Origin: an uncultured virus (IMG/VR IMGVR_UViG_3300010429_001900) | Lineage: Duplodnaviria; Heunggongvirae; Uroviricota; Caudoviricetes | DNA length: 64,000 bases | IMG/VR virus record: IMGVR_UViG_3300010429_001900 | Direction: 5' to 3' (one strand) | In this document: positions 9,401 through 18,197 of the stretch, in pieces | Numbering within the stretch: position 1 is the stretch's first letter | How the letters are laid out: every line of letters begins with the position of its first letter | The notes under the pieces: model-generated | Databases searched by the model: none | What the model was told of the DNA's origin: nothing | Seen by the model: the letters and a program-made list of their open reading frames with translations, nothing else | Made by a program: the position numbers and the translations under genes

Positions 9401-12400
9401 CCCTCTTGCGGGCGTCCGTAGCTCGCTGCTGGCGCGTCAGCGCCTCCAGCCGCTGCAGCGACTCCTCCAGCGACCCGGCCCAGTCCTTGTCCGTCCAGGT
9501 TGTCACGGCCGGGAGTGTACGCCCGCGCCGTCGACTTCGTCGCGGCCTGCGTCGCGCGCAGGATCTCGGCCTGCATCGCCGTCGGGCTGACGCCGGCGTC
9601 CTTCAGGTAGGCCTTCAGCGCCTGCTTGTACGCGGCGCGCACGCCAGCCACGTCGGCGACGAACTGGTCGGTCTTGTAGCCCGGCGCGCCGCGGAAGGCG
9701 TCGAGCGCCTTCGTCAACACCGCCTCCAGCGCGGCGATCACGCGCGCAATCACCCCCTTGGACTCGGCGCCGGACTCGCGACTCAGCTCGGCGAACACGT
9801 CCGTCCAGAAGGCTGGGTCGGACATGACATTGCCCGCCAGGTCGGCGCGCATCTCCTCGGCCAGCCCCTCCGCGCTGATGCCTGGCATGTTGTAGTAGCG
9901 GCGGAAGCGCGCCATGCCGTCGGCGCTGACGCGGCCCTCCAGCGCGCGCTTGACGATCTCCGCGGCCTGCGGCAGCGTGCGCTCCAGCGTGTGCCAGAAC
10001 TCGTGCAGCATCACCGCCAGCGGCGACACCTTCGAGTCGGCGGCAACGTAGATCACGTCCGGCGCGCTCGGCACCGTGAAGCCGTCCGCCCCGCCCATGT
10101 CGGCCCGCGCGGCGTAGAAGCGGACGCGTCGGCCGAGAGCCTTCGCCAGGGCGCTGAGGGCCTGCGCCGGCCCGCTTTCCGGCGTCGGCACCAGCGCGAC
10201 GCTGACGCGCTTGCCGCCGGGCTCCTGGACTACGACTCGGTCGGCGGCGTCTCCTGCAGCGCGTCCTCGTTGCGCTGCGGGTTGATCCTGACCTCCTGGC
10301 CCTGCGCGTCCACCAGTCTGCCGTCCGGCAGCCGGATCAGCTCGACGCTGTCCTTCGTCTCGTCCTTGTCCATCGCGGGCCTTTCCGAATTCAGGGCTGA
10401 CCGGCTTCTTCGCCGCGGCCGATTTTACCCAGGCCTTGAACTGCGCGGGCGTCATCTCGGTGATCGCGCCCAGGCCGGTCCAGCCCCGCTCGTAGTTCGC
10501 CAGGTAGCCCTCTCGCGCGGCGGCCTCGCTGGTGAAGCCCATCATCACCTTGTGCTCGTCGAACGAGCCGTCGGCGTTGCGCTGGTCGACCACGAAGATC
10601 TTGTCGCTGTCCGGACGCGGGCCGATGAACACGTCCACCGCGTCGCCGTCGGCGCCCTTCGTGCCGGTCACGTCGCCGTAGTGGTGGGCGAGCTTGGTCT
10701 CCCAGGCCTTGCCGTCCGGCGATACGCCGCGGCGCATCGAGCCGCGCGGGTTCTCGATCGACACGCGCACGCCGTTCAGGTTGGCGATGTGGCCCTTCTT
10801 GTAGTTGCCGGCCTCGGCCTGCGCCGGCGTCGGCTCGGCGCGGTCGTTCTTCGGGCTGGCGGCGGCCTCGTGGGCCTGCGCGTCGATGTGCGCGGCGATG
10901 GCGGCGCGTGCCAGCTGCGCGTCGGCCCGGCCGTCGAGCGCCAGCTCATTGCCGGTCTTGCTGTCGCTCAGGATGAAGCCGACCCCGTCGCGCTGGTGGA
11001 CCGTGTCGAAGCCCATGGCGACGAGCTGGTCGAGCTGCGCGCGGCGCTTGCGGTTGACGGCCGTGCCGGCGCCCCCGGGAATGGCGGGCGCACCTTCGGT
11101 GGCCACTGCATCTTCGGTCGCCACCTCGTCGCGCCGGGCCGACTGGCGCATCTGCTCCAGCGCCAGCTTGTCCGTCGCCGACAGGTTGGCCGGGATATTG
11201 GCCGCATCGTTCAGGATGCGCATCTGGTCCGGCGTGTAGGACGAGCGGGCCTTGGCCACCAGCGCGCGCTGCTCTGCGCTGCGCAGCACCGGGATGGTCT
11301 TCAGCGCCGAGATCACCGCGTCGGCTGCGGGCGGCTCGGCCGGCTCGGCCGGCTGGGCGTTGGCGGCGTCGCGGGCCTTGGCGGCGGCCGCGCGCTCCCG
11401 GGCCAGCTGCTGCAGGCGGCTGTCGCTGCGCTCGTTCTGCTCCCTGGCGCGGTCGGCGGCCTCGGTGCTGGGCTGGCCCTGCGTCGAGCGCGGCGCCTTG
11501 TCCAGCGCGATGCCGGTGGCCTGCGTCAGCTTCTGGTCCTCGGTCAGCGCCGGCGCCAGCGTCATGTCGACGCGGTCGTAGGGCTGGCCCAGGCCGGCCT
11601 CGGACAGGATCTGCGCCTCGGCCGGCGAGGCCACGCCGTTGCGCTCCTCGATGCTCTTCAGTGCACGGGTGATCACCGCCTGGCGCGGGTCGTCCTCGGC
11701 CTTGCGCTGGGCGACCTGGCCGGCGAGCGCCGCGGATTCGAGGCCTTGCTGCTCTTGCGCGCTGATCGGTGCAGATTCGGCGACGTTCGCTGCCGTTTCT
11801 GCAGCGGGCGCGCGCAGACGCATCTCGCGGTTGACGCCCATCTGGGCGCGGATCTGCTCGCGCTCAGCCTCGGTGGTGGCGGCGGCCAGCTGCTCCTGCA
11901 GTTGCGCCTCGCGGTCGACGGCGGTGCGCCGCTGCGCCACGCTCGGCGCCGCGCCCGGATCCTGGGCGTGCTGTCCGGCCCAGCCCATCGCGAACTCCAG
12001 GCGCGTCATGGCCTGCTCGCGCTGGTGCTGCTGGGTCGACGGGCTCGATGCCGTGGCCAGGTCGTTCAGGAAGGCCTTGACGTCCACCGGCGAGTCCTCG
12101 CCGCGCAGCGCGTCGATCAGGCCGCCGTCGCGAACCTGCTGCTGGATGGCCTGGGCCTTCTGCGTGATCGGGTCGACCTGCGGCTCGGGCTGCGCCGGCG
12201 CGGCTGCCTGCTGCGCCTCGTTGCCAGACACCGCCGCCTTCGACAGCGGGCTGTTCGGCTCGGCCGCCTTGGCCTTGACGTCGGACAGCGGATCTGCGGC
12301 GGGGGGCAGCGCGGCGCGCGGCGCGTGCAGCGCTCCAGAAGCTCCTCCCAGAGCAAAGCCGCCGGCAGCGCCCATGCCCGCGTTTTCGCCGACGCCCTCG

Positions 12401-13842
12401 CTCAAGTCCTGGGCCGGGTCGACATGCCGCGCCAGCGAGACATTGCCGGCGAACTGCCCGCCCCCCTCTTCAAGCCCCTCTCCGGCGGTCTCCCCAAGCG
12501 CTGCTTTGGCGGCGTGGAGTGCGCGCGCCGGCAGCCCGCCCTTGGCAATGACAGATTTCGCGGCGCCCCCGACCAGCGCGCGCTCGATGGCCGTTCCGCC
12601 AGGCACGGCATTGGCGATGACGGAGATGGCAAACGCCGCGGGCAGCGCCTCGCGCGCCGCCGTCAGGGCCAGCTCGTGCTTGACCTGGCCCTCGCTCTCG
12701 CCGGCCTGCGTGCGTCGCGCGAACTCCGGATTGGCGGCCCACTGCTCCGGGGTCTTCTGCATCGCCCGGTCGTACAGGTCGCCGACCACGTCCGCGCCCT
12801 GCTGGACTCCGTTGACGCCCACCGCGGCGGCCACGCCGAACTTGGACGCACTGGAGGCGATGGCCTGGCGCGCCGCCAGCGGCACCGGCCCGGCGGACAT
12901 CGCATTCATCATGGCGCGCGCGCCGACAACCGCAGCCGTAGCCCGTCCGGCCGCAGCCGCGGGAATCAGGGAGGCGATGTTGCTGGCGGCCAGGTCGCCG
13001 ATCAGCGCCGGGTCACTCAGCGTGGTAGCGAACGCCGCCCAGGCTTTTCCGAGCACGGAGTCTTCGGCGTCGATGGCCGCGCTGCGTGCCTCGCGCTTGC
13101 CTTGCAGCGTGGTACTCTGCAGGCCTTCCAGGTACTTCTGCGCCTCGCCGCCCGCCGTCGAGACCGCATTGTCCATGTCGCCGGTCGCCAGGCCGTAGAG
13201 GTCGCCGCCAGCCTTGAACAGGCCCACCAGGCCGGAGCCAAGCCCCAGCGCCGTATCCTTCGCGGCCTCTCCCCAGCTGCGCGGCTGCGCCGCGGCGGCA
13301 GGCTTGATGTCGATGTAGTCGTCGCTCCGCGCAGGCTGCTGAGCAGGCATTGCCGGCTGCGCGCCAAGATGCTGCGCCGCCATGGCCGCGGCAGCCACAC
13401 CCTTGCTGATGTAGTCCTTGTCCTCGGCATAGCCGACGCGCTTCAGCTCGGAGAAGAACTTCTGCGCATCGCCGCCGGCGCCCATGGCCGGCCTGTACAT
13501 GCGACCCATCAGGCCGACGAACTCGTCGCCGAAGGCGTCCGGCGTGGCGAAGGCGCGGTAGGCGTCGCGCTTGCCGTTCTGGTTGTCGGTGGCCATCGGC
13601 CCGCGGCCGCTGGGGTCCTTGATGTTGCCCAGGTTGTTCGTGCCGGGGATGACGCTCTTGCCCCAGCCGGTCTCCAGTCCCCACTGGCCGAGCAGAACCT
13701 GCGGCTCGACGCCCAGCTGGCCGGCCACGCGCTTCGCCAGCGGCAGGTACTGCTGGACGAACTCGGCGACCTTGCCGCCGCCGGTCGGTGCGCTCGGCGC
13801 CAGCAGGTCGTCAGCGGAGAAGGAGATGAGGCTTTGGCTCAT
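6400..13842 (-). CDS. Giant polyvalent internal virion protein (glucosaminidase + InPase-like + HExxH metallopeptidase-like + ART-like + DUF7178-like + C-terminal HxxxxH domain)
   Basis: N-term LGQWGLETGWG..NNLGNIK..YAED (FlgJ-type glucosaminidase); NYKKGH..SIENPRGS..HYGDVTGTKGADGDAVDVFIG (InPase-like); LHEFWH; GVHYG...IFFY; WYDGA..SLSPQKDW..KVRNFY..VTIDTHA..LQSITW; FRAAHDAFGHG..GEENAW. Confidence 0.9.
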   Translation of the reverse strand: MSQSLISFSADDLLAPSAPTGGGKVAEFVQQYLPLAKRVAGQLGVEPQVLLGQWGLETGWGKSVIPGTNNLGNIKDPSGRGPMATDNQNGKRDAYRAFATPDAFGDEFVGLMGRMYRPAMGAGGDAQKFFSELKRVGYAEDKDYISKGVAAAAMAAQHLGAQPAMPAQQPARSDDYIDIKPAAAAQPRSWGEAAKDTALGLGSGLVGLFKAGGDLYGLATGDMDNAVSTAGGEAQKYLEGLQSTTLQGKREARSAAIDAEDSVLGKAWAAFATTLSDPALIGDLAASNIASLIPAAAAGRATAAVVGARAMMNAMSAGPVPLAARQAIASSASKFGVAAAVGVNGVQQGADVVGDLYDRAMQKTPEQWAANPEFARRTQAGESEGQVKHELALTAAREALPAAFAISVIANAVPGGTAIERALVGGAAKSVIAKGGLPARALHAAKAALGETAGEGLEEGGGQFAGNVSLARHVDPAQDLSEGVGENAGMGAAGGFALGGASGALHAPRAALPPAADPLSDVKAKAAEPNSPLSKAAVSGNEAQQAAAPAQPEPQVDPITQKAQAIQQQVRDGGLIDALRGEDSPVDVKAFLNDLATASSPSTQQHQREQAMTRLEFAMGWAGQHAQDPGAAPSVAQRRTAVDREAQLQEQLAAATTEAEREQIRAQMGVNREMRLRAPAAETAANVAESAPISAQEQQGLESAALAGQVAQRKAEDDPRQAVITRALKSIEERNGVASPAEAQILSEAGLGQPYDRVDMTLAPALTEDQKLTQATGIALDKAPRSTQGQPSTEAADRAREQNERSDSRLQQLARERAAAAKARDAANAQPAEPAEPPAADAVISALKTIPVLRSAEQRALVAKARSSYTPDQMRILNDAANIPANLSATDKLALEQMRQSARRDEVATEDAVATEGAPAIPGGAGTAVNRKRRAQLDQLVAMGFDTVHQRDGVGFILSDSKTGNELALDGRADAQLARAAIAAHIDAQAHEAAASPKNDRAEPTPAQAEAGNYKKGHIANLNGVRVSIENPRGSMRRGVSPDGKAWETKLAHHYGDVTGTKGADGDAVDVFIGPRPDSDKIFVVDQRNADGSFDEHKVMMGFTSEAAAREGYLANYERGWTGLGAITEMTPAQFKAWVKSAAAKKPVSPEFGKARDGQGRDEGQRRADPAAGRQTGGRAGPGGQDQPAAQRGRAAGDAADRVVVQEPGGKRVSVALVPTPESGPAQALSALAKALGRRVRFYAARADMGGADGFTVPSAPDVIYVAADSKVSPLAVMLHEFWHTLERTLPQAAEIVKRALEGRVSADGMARFRRYYNMPGISAEGLAEEMRADLAGNVMSDPAFWTDVFAELSRESGAESKGVIARVIAALEAVLTKALDAFRGAPGYKTDQFVADVAGVRAAYKQALKAYLKDAGVSPTAMQAEILRATQAATKSTARAYTPGRDNLDGQGLGRVAGGVAAAAGGADAPAASYGRPQEGSVSATGVHYGTAARDTLSSAHYGTGLKGAERARLEGAENADIRPRIFFYVDKGSGIRPEAGVGGYAHRVQLNNLYDVWSDPLGLRKANPGANNWERALMKAGFDGYLSLDPAMPQGFAVLVGKKHSDVPVDSDAAPAPEPAELRKALMSREMRDIDLANIPGATLRAGTLVVPAEAQEQANAELERIGSSTRFSGERNLERVDPMEVSTRAPSAKPKKGFTPEDSIENLLIADFSAGLGQEGWMSAVADLVTQYPGYREAKSATTPERQLERQVRFMTDNLVWLHDQVPEEIRARSKLWYDGARKIAETMSRKYGIEPSQAAGILASLSPQKDWFMNVSLADRVAQIMAERQTFRWSGQMAETADRIFGKPVYKVAIDSIKGKSLGELELDYERAMWLRVYDEAHNPRSFMIVSPEGDLVAEARTIKGELAKPAWGGNGTIAKAVSIFRDGSFANINEQLGRKHKVRNFYNNILVPNSPNGHVTIDTHAVAAALLRALSGNSVEVMHNFSGPKSAHAGLEGSYALYEEAYRRAAAERGLLPRELQSITWEAVRGLFVPGFKPQQKNVDAVDAIWYKYRKGRLSYEDARDQALQLGGGIDAPSWAGRDPGVYAEEGDASEPGDVPGDELPGRSPDDDGGAVGGGARASATRSRGAGDGAAADRALASPERADAEALTPLPGAPRVPGFHGPDPRLVAVAEEYARDNGIDLKRQDAYAEIDEGRASRIAAAYGAMEHAPQDPRVKAAYADLIRQTRAQYDALVAAGYRFWFIDLKRPENAEYATSPWNAMRDIRASRSMGVFPTNEGFGSNAAFDPDGNPLLSDTGLTWPVGGLDGEQAPVLANDLFRAAHDAFGHGLEGCGFRAQGEENAWQAHVRLFTGDAVGAITSETRGQNSWLNYGPHGEANRNARTDDTVFADQKAGLMPEWTWTEGRVGDAAPAESARPESQKSVVEPQTVAPYNPADDTALQALLQDEQAAQDRVVELRKRLSVLNSLKKCMG
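6520..6548 (-). promoter_or_regulatory. Internal sigma70-like promoter with operator in spacer
   Basis: TTGAGC-17-TACAAT; spacer contains CACAAACGGTT. Confidence 0.6.
7374..7649 (-). CDS. Overprinted nested small protein (alternative frame of giant gene)
   Basis: AAAGGA RBS; LEFMLKRGMPLNLETYLAMNYPDGVP..AELWAEVPEPL reads like real protein while the host frame is G/D/A/R low-complexity. Confidence 0.65.
   Translation of the reverse strand: MKTQETRPSSLEAELTPLAGQDATLEFMLKRGMPLNLETYLAMNYPDGVPTMTAELWAEVPEPLRREAEEPETGPLRIARWRHQNAQMLKR
9321..9506 (-). CDS. Overprinted nested small protein
   Basis: MTTWTDKDWAGSLEESLQRLEALTRQQR; host frame becomes G/A-rich linker here; no clear RBS. Confidence 0.5.
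   Translation of the reverse strand: MTTWTDKDWAGSLEESLQRLEALTRQQRATDARKRAPYLRPVSTTEPPPETPSAPPTTAPD
10230..10373 (-). CDS. Overprinted nested small protein (47 aa)
   Basis: GGAAAGG RBS; MDKDETKDSVELIRLPDGRLVDAQGQEVRINPQRNEDALQETPPTES*, almost all codons G/C-ending. Confidence 0.6.
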   Translation of the reverse strand: MDKDETKDSVELIRLPDGRLVDAQGQEVRINPQRNEDALQETPPTES

Positions 13843-13855
13843 GCGGTGGCGTCCG

Positions 13856-15499
13856 TTACTGGTTCAGGATGCGCTGCCCGGCAGCGTAGGTCTCGGCGGC
13901 GCCCGGCTGGCCGGGGATGCGCAGGCCCTGCAGGCCGCCCACCGTCAGGCGCTGCGCCGGCGCGCGCGGCGCGGCCGGCTGCGCCTTCGGCTTCGGCAGC
14001 GCGGTGCCGACCAGCGCCAGCTTGCGGTCCAGGTTGGCCAGGTCGGCCTGCAGCAACTGCTGGGCGCGCTGGCGGATCTGCGCCTCCTGCTCGGGCGCCT
14101 TGGCGATGGCCTGGCGCACGTACTGCTCGACCGAGGCATTGGCCTGCTCGACCAGCGCGGCGCGCGCCTTCATGTCGAAGGCTGCCTCGACGAAGCGCTT
14201 CTGGTAGGCGGCGTCGCCCTGCTTGGCGACCAGCGCCTGCGCCGCCTGCTTCAGCTGGGCCTTGTCCAGGCCGCGCGCCTCGGCGTTCTGCGGCGCGACG
14301 AAGTCTGGCTTGATCAGCACGCGCGTGCCGTCGTCGTCGACGAAGACCTGGTCGATGGCCCCGGTGGCGGCGTTGACCGACGGCGTGGTGCGCGCCGGGT
14401 CGACCGCGGCCACGTAGGCCGCGCGGGCCGCGCGCTCGGGCGTCATGCCCGGGTTGTGCTGCAGCACGCTGCCGAGGTGCGCCTCGGCGTCCGCGCGCTG
14501 GCGCGCCGTCAGCTTGTCCTCGCTCTTCTCGGCGATGTCGGCCAGGATGCCGCGCGCAGACTCCAGGGGCGTCGCCGGCGGCTTGGTGCTGCGACTGCCG
14601 CCAGTGCCGCCAGTGGCCCCGCCTCCGTCCGCAACCGCATTGGGGTCGCGCGAGATGGTCACGTTGCCGTTCTCGTCGCGGATGGCGGCGCTGCCGCGGC
14701 CGAGCGACGTGACGCCGGCGCCCTTCACGCGCTCCAGGGTGATCTTCTGCTGCAGTTGGGCCTGCTCTGCCTGCAGCTTGGCCCAGGTCTCCGGCGAGTA
14801 GTAGGCGCTGAAGGCGTTGAGCAACTGCTCGCGCGCCTGCGGGCCGGTGAATTCGCGCGTCGAGGTGGCGCCTGTGTCCTTGTTCTGCAGCGTGATGCGC
14901 ACGCCGCCGGGGATGTCCTCGACCGCCTTGACGCCGCCGTTGTTCGGGTCGGCGTCGAAGATCTCGCCGATCTGCCGGGCCGTCGTGCTCACGTCGGCGT
15001 TGCCGGCGGCCACCTGCTGGAACCGAGACGCTGCGCGCCCGAAGGCGATCTTGTCGGCAGCACCCTCCAGCTCGAAGGCCTTGTCTGCCTGCTTGTTCTT
15101 GCGCAGCACGGCCGCCTGCTCGCGCAGCACCTGGTCGTAGGTGCGGTTCTTCACGGCCGGCAGCTGCGTCGCCGACGGCGTGCCTTCGTTGTCGACGGTG
15201 ATCTGGCTGGTCTCGGGGTTGGTCTTGTTCAGGTCGACCGGTCCGGCCGGCGCGATCTCGGCCAGCTGATCGCGCGTCTGGTCCTGCAGGGCCTGCTCGT
15301 CGACCAAGCGCTGGCGCTGGCCTGCGCGGAACTCGTCCACCTGCAGCGCGGCGGCACGGGCCTTCGCCGCATCGGCGCGGCGCGCCGCCAGGTCGGCCTG
15401 CTCGGCTTCCCAGGCCTGGCGGCTGGCCTCCTGGTCCATGCCGCGGCGAATGTTGGTGTAGGCCCCGCCGAGGCCGCCCAGGAATGCGAATGCGCTCAT
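13856..15499 (-). CDS. Putative internal virion (ejected) protein
   Basis: 547 aa, MSAFAFLGGLGGAY start, helical A/Q-rich, directly upstream of the giant gene. Confidence 0.7.
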   Translation of the reverse strand: MSAFAFLGGLGGAYTNIRRGMDQEASRQAWEAEQADLAARRADAAKARAAALQVDEFRAGQRQRLVDEQALQDQTRDQLAEIAPAGPVDLNKTNPETSQITVDNEGTPSATQLPAVKNRTYDQVLREQAAVLRKNKQADKAFELEGAADKIAFGRAASRFQQVAAGNADVSTTARQIGEIFDADPNNGGVKAVEDIPGGVRITLQNKDTGATSTREFTGPQAREQLLNAFSAYYSPETWAKLQAEQAQLQQKITLERVKGAGVTSLGRGSAAIRDENGNVTISRDPNAVADGGGATGGTGGSRSTKPPATPLESARGILADIAEKSEDKLTARQRADAEAHLGSVLQHNPGMTPERAARAAYVAAVDPARTTPSVNAATGAIDQVFVDDDGTRVLIKPDFVAPQNAEARGLDKAQLKQAAQALVAKQGDAAYQKRFVEAAFDMKARAALVEQANASVEQYVRQAIAKAPEQEAQIRQRAQQLLQADLANLDRKLALVGTALPKPKAQPAAPRAPAQRLTVGGLQGLRIPGQPGAAETYAAGQRILNQ

Positions 15500-15514
15500 G
15501 CTGCTCCTCGTCGT

Positions 15515-16459
15515 TTACCAGAACAGGCTGGCGTCCGCCCCGGACGGCAGGCCCTGAACGCCGCCGCCGCCGAAGCCGAAAAGCCCGCCGACTCCGCCAA
15601 GCCCGCCTGCTCCCTGAATCAAGCCTCCCGTCAGGCCACCAAGCCCCGCCGCAGCGTTGTTCCAGCCGTTGGCGGCCATGCCGTAGGAGTCGGCCAGTCG
15701 GTTCGCTGCGGCGCCGGTGTTGTTGAAGTAGCTCTGGTAGGCGTTGTTCATCGGGATGTTGGAGGCCAGCGTGCCGGCCAGCCCGGCGCCGGATTGCGCG
15801 CCTGCGGCGCTGCCGGAGTTCACGCTGCCGGCATAGAAGTTGGACGAGGTGTTCGGCATGTTGCGGCCGAAGTTCGCCGCGCCGGCGCGCAGCGCGATGG
15901 CCTTGTCCTCGCTGGTCTGGCGCGAGTTGTTCTTGGCCTGCGCCGTGCCCAGCGCCTGATCGGTCACCGAGCGTTGACCCATCGCTGCGAAGGCGCCTGA
16001 GTTCGGGTTGATGCCCATCCGGGCCAGGCCGCGCCAGTTCTGCCCGCGCGCGTTGGCAAACTGCTGCGACACCTCGGCCCCGGCGCGGTCGGCGCGCGAG
16101 GCGACCTTGTCCGCGCTGTCGTAGTCCATCGCGTCCGTGACGACCTGGCGCTCGACCGGCTGGAAGGTGTCTTCGTAGTATTCGCGCTGGTCGCGGGCGA
16201 AGTCGCGCTGCTCGCTGGACGTCTGCAGCATGTCGTCGGCCAGACGCGTGCGCAGGGCGGCGTCAGCCTTGGCGGCCGGCCTGGTGTCCTCTTCGTAGAC
16301 CTTCTTGTTCCACGCGAACTGGTCGCGCGCCAGGTCGTTCTGCTGGTCGGAGGCGTCGCGCTGCGCGTCGACGGCGTCCCCCTGCGCCTTGGCGCCCTTG
16401 TAGGACGAGTAGGCCGCCCCCACGGCGCTCGTGACGACGGCTGCTGCAATAACGCTCAT
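15515..16459 (-). CDS. Putative DNA pilot/ejection protein
   Basis: GAGGA RBS; MSVIAAAVVTSAVGAAYSS..., Q/A-rich coil, LARMGINPNSG, G-rich C-terminus. Confidence 0.75.
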   Translation of the reverse strand: MSVIAAAVVTSAVGAAYSSYKGAKAQGDAVDAQRDASDQQNDLARDQFAWNKKVYEEDTRPAAKADAALRTRLADDMLQTSSEQRDFARDQREYYEDTFQPVERQVVTDAMDYDSADKVASRADRAGAEVSQQFANARGQNWRGLARMGINPNSGAFAAMGQRSVTDQALGTAQAKNNSRQTSEDKAIALRAGAANFGRNMPNTSSNFYAGSVNSGSAAGAQSGAGLAGTLASNIPMNNAYQSYFNNTGAAANRLADSYGMAANGWNNAAAGLGGLTGGLIQGAGGLGGVGGLFGFGGGGVQGLPSGADASLFW

Positions 16460-17019
16460 GCTGCGATCCTCTGTGTGGCGCCGATGTGGCGCTGGTACTC
16501 GTCGGGCGTGCGCGCGACCAGGAAGTCTTCCAGTGCCCTGGGCTCGCTGCGCTCGGGCGGCAGCTCGCCGGCCCAGGCGTCCATGTTGTGCACCGTGGTC
16601 CAGACCACGTCCTCGTGCACGAAGCCGACCTTGCGCACGCCAGGCTTGCCAGGGAAGGTGCATGGCGCGACCAGCTCGACGATGCCGCCATGCTCGCCGA
16701 GCATCGAGATGCGCCCGGCCGACAGCACGTTGATGTGCGGCCGCTTCTGGATCTCGCCGATGGCAAAGGTGCCGGCGGGCAGGCGCAGCTCGCGCGCGTA
16801 CATGCCGTCGGCGTGGTGGTGGGTGAGCGGCAGGTCGGCCGTCAGGCCCGCGGCCAGCATGTGCGCCAGCAGCGTCTCGACGCGCTGCGCGAGCGCGGCG
16901 GGCTCGATCGGCGCCACGGACTGGAACAGCTCGGCGAGCAGTGCCGCAGGCGGAGCCGCGTCCAAGAGGACCATCGCTCCAGCGGTTGGTTCGTCAACGA
17001 TCTGCTCGTCCTGGGTCAC
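16456..17019 (-). CDS. Cupin-like protein of the virion gene cluster
   Basis: HHHADGMYARELRLPAGT..G..QKRPH..VWTTVH; GTG start with GAGG RBS. Confidence 0.7.
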   Translation of the reverse strand: MTQDEQIVDEPTAGAMVLLDAAPPAALLAELFQSVAPIEPAALAQRVETLLAHMLAAGLTADLPLTHHHADGMYARELRLPAGTFAIGEIQKRPHINVLSAGRISMLGEHGGIVELVAPCTFPGKPGVRKVGFVHEDVVWTTVHNMDAWAGELPPERSEPRALEDFLVARTPDEYQRHIGATQRIAA

Positions 17020-17053
17020 ATCGCGCGCCTCATCCTGGATACGGCTGCGTATC

Positions 17054-17088
17054 ACAAACAGATTGTAGCCAACCCAACCGTGCGTCAA
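17054..17088 (-). promoter_or_regulatory. Putative promoter with operator
   Basis: TTGACG-15-TACAAT (short spacer) overlapping ACAAACAGATT. Confidence 0.45.
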
Positions 17089-17333
17089 CCGCCGATCGGA
17101 TGGCCGCTGGTGCGGGCCGTGCCGCCGGCCACGACCACGGCCTGTGGCGCACCCACGAAGGGCTGCAGGGATTGCGCCACGGCGGCCGAAAATCCGGTGA
17201 TGGGCGCGTTCGCCGTCGCGCTCGACCTGATGAGCGGAAAGAGGGGGTGCACTGCGTCGACAGACCCGGACAGCGGCGCAGCAGCGCTCTGCGATGCAAG
17301 CGCAGACGTCTGGATGGCGGCGACGAAGGCCAT
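17085..17333 (-). CDS. Small hypothetical protein
   Basis: 82 aa, operonic. Confidence 0.55.
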   Translation of the reverse strand: MAFVAAIQTSALASQSAAAPLSGSVDAVHPLFPLIRSSATANAPITGFSAAVAQSLQPFVGAPQAVVVAGGTARTSGHPIGG

Positions 17334-17336
17334 GCG

Positions 17337-18197
17337 TCACTCGTAGATCGCGGCGAGGCCGAACGAGGCGGACGTGTAGCCTGAAACAGTCAAGCCCAGG
17401 CTACCCAAGGACAGATAGGTTCGCGACACTCCGCCAACAAGCGCCACGGAGAACGTGGTCAGCTTCGGCGCATCGGCGGGCGCCACGCCGCATGCAAACG
17501 CAAACGGCTGTACGTCGGGCAAGTTCAAAAAAAACTGGTAGGCTTGGTAGTTGCCGCCCGCGAGGCTGCTGGCCGGCAGGCCGGGGAAGGCGGCGTAGCC
17601 ACTGCTCACGTCTGAGAATGTCTCTGCGGTCGCGGCCGTGCGCACGGACTGCGCGGTCACCCCTGAGGAGCTGTTGCTCCTGATAACCATGAACCCGACC
17701 GACGTGGGCGCGCCGCTGCTGTCTACGGACTTGCCGACGACGCATACGCCCATTGGGTAGGAGCCGGACCACGAATTCATCTTGAAGACAATCGACAGCG
17801 AGTTGTTTGTGACCGACAGATAGGTCGCGTAGTTTGTTGTCGCTGACGCCGCCACGTTGCCCGAAAAGAAAACAGAGCGCGTGCTCTGCTGCCCGGTCAA
17901 GCTCCCGGAGCCGTTGCTGCCGGTGCCCACGGTGATCCACATATTCGACAGCGACACCCCGCCAGCGGTGCCGAACTCGAACTTGAAATAGAGTGAGCTG
18001 TCGGGCAGCCTCCAGATTTCGTAGCCTGCGGCCGTGTTCGTGCCCGGGCGGACGGCCGTCCCCCAGTTGATCTGCCCGGTGTCGGCGGTCTGCACCAGGC
18101 CGGCGAGGGCAAGATTCACCCCCAGCTCCGACCCCCAGGCCCTGAAGCCGGCGTCGGTGGTGTGATCGAGGGGGGAGGTGTAGGTTCTCGTCGTCAT
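17337..18197 (-). CDS. Tail fibre-associated/receptor-binding protein
   Basis: MTTRTYTS...GLVQTADTGQINW...YFKFEFGT; S/T/G-rich, lower GC3; ATGA overlap. Confidence 0.7.
   Translation of the reverse strand: MTTRTYTSPLDHTTDAGFRAWGSELGVNLALAGLVQTADTGQINWGTAVRPGTNTAAGYEIWRLPDSSLYFKFEFGTAGGVSLSNMWITVGTGSNGSGSLTGQQSTRSVFFSGNVAASATTNYATYLSVTNNSLSIVFKMNSWSGSYPMGVCVVGKSVDSSGAPTSVGFMVIRSNSSSGVTAQSVRTAATAETFSDVSSGYAAFPGLPASSLAGGNYQAYQFFLNLPDVQPFAFACGVAPADAPKLTTFSVALVGGVSRTYLSLGSLGLTVSGYTSASFGLAAIYE

Noticed and set aside
6400..13842. Frameshift errors explaining the odd linkers in the giant gene
   Set aside because: The main frame stays open across all domains, and the alternative frames have their own starts and stops
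8545..14313. 1922-aa plus-strand ORF and other long antisense ORFs (734-2689, 4361-6709, 23464-26187, 32148-34388)
   Set aside because: Shadows of high-GC genes on the opposite strand; no motifs or RBS
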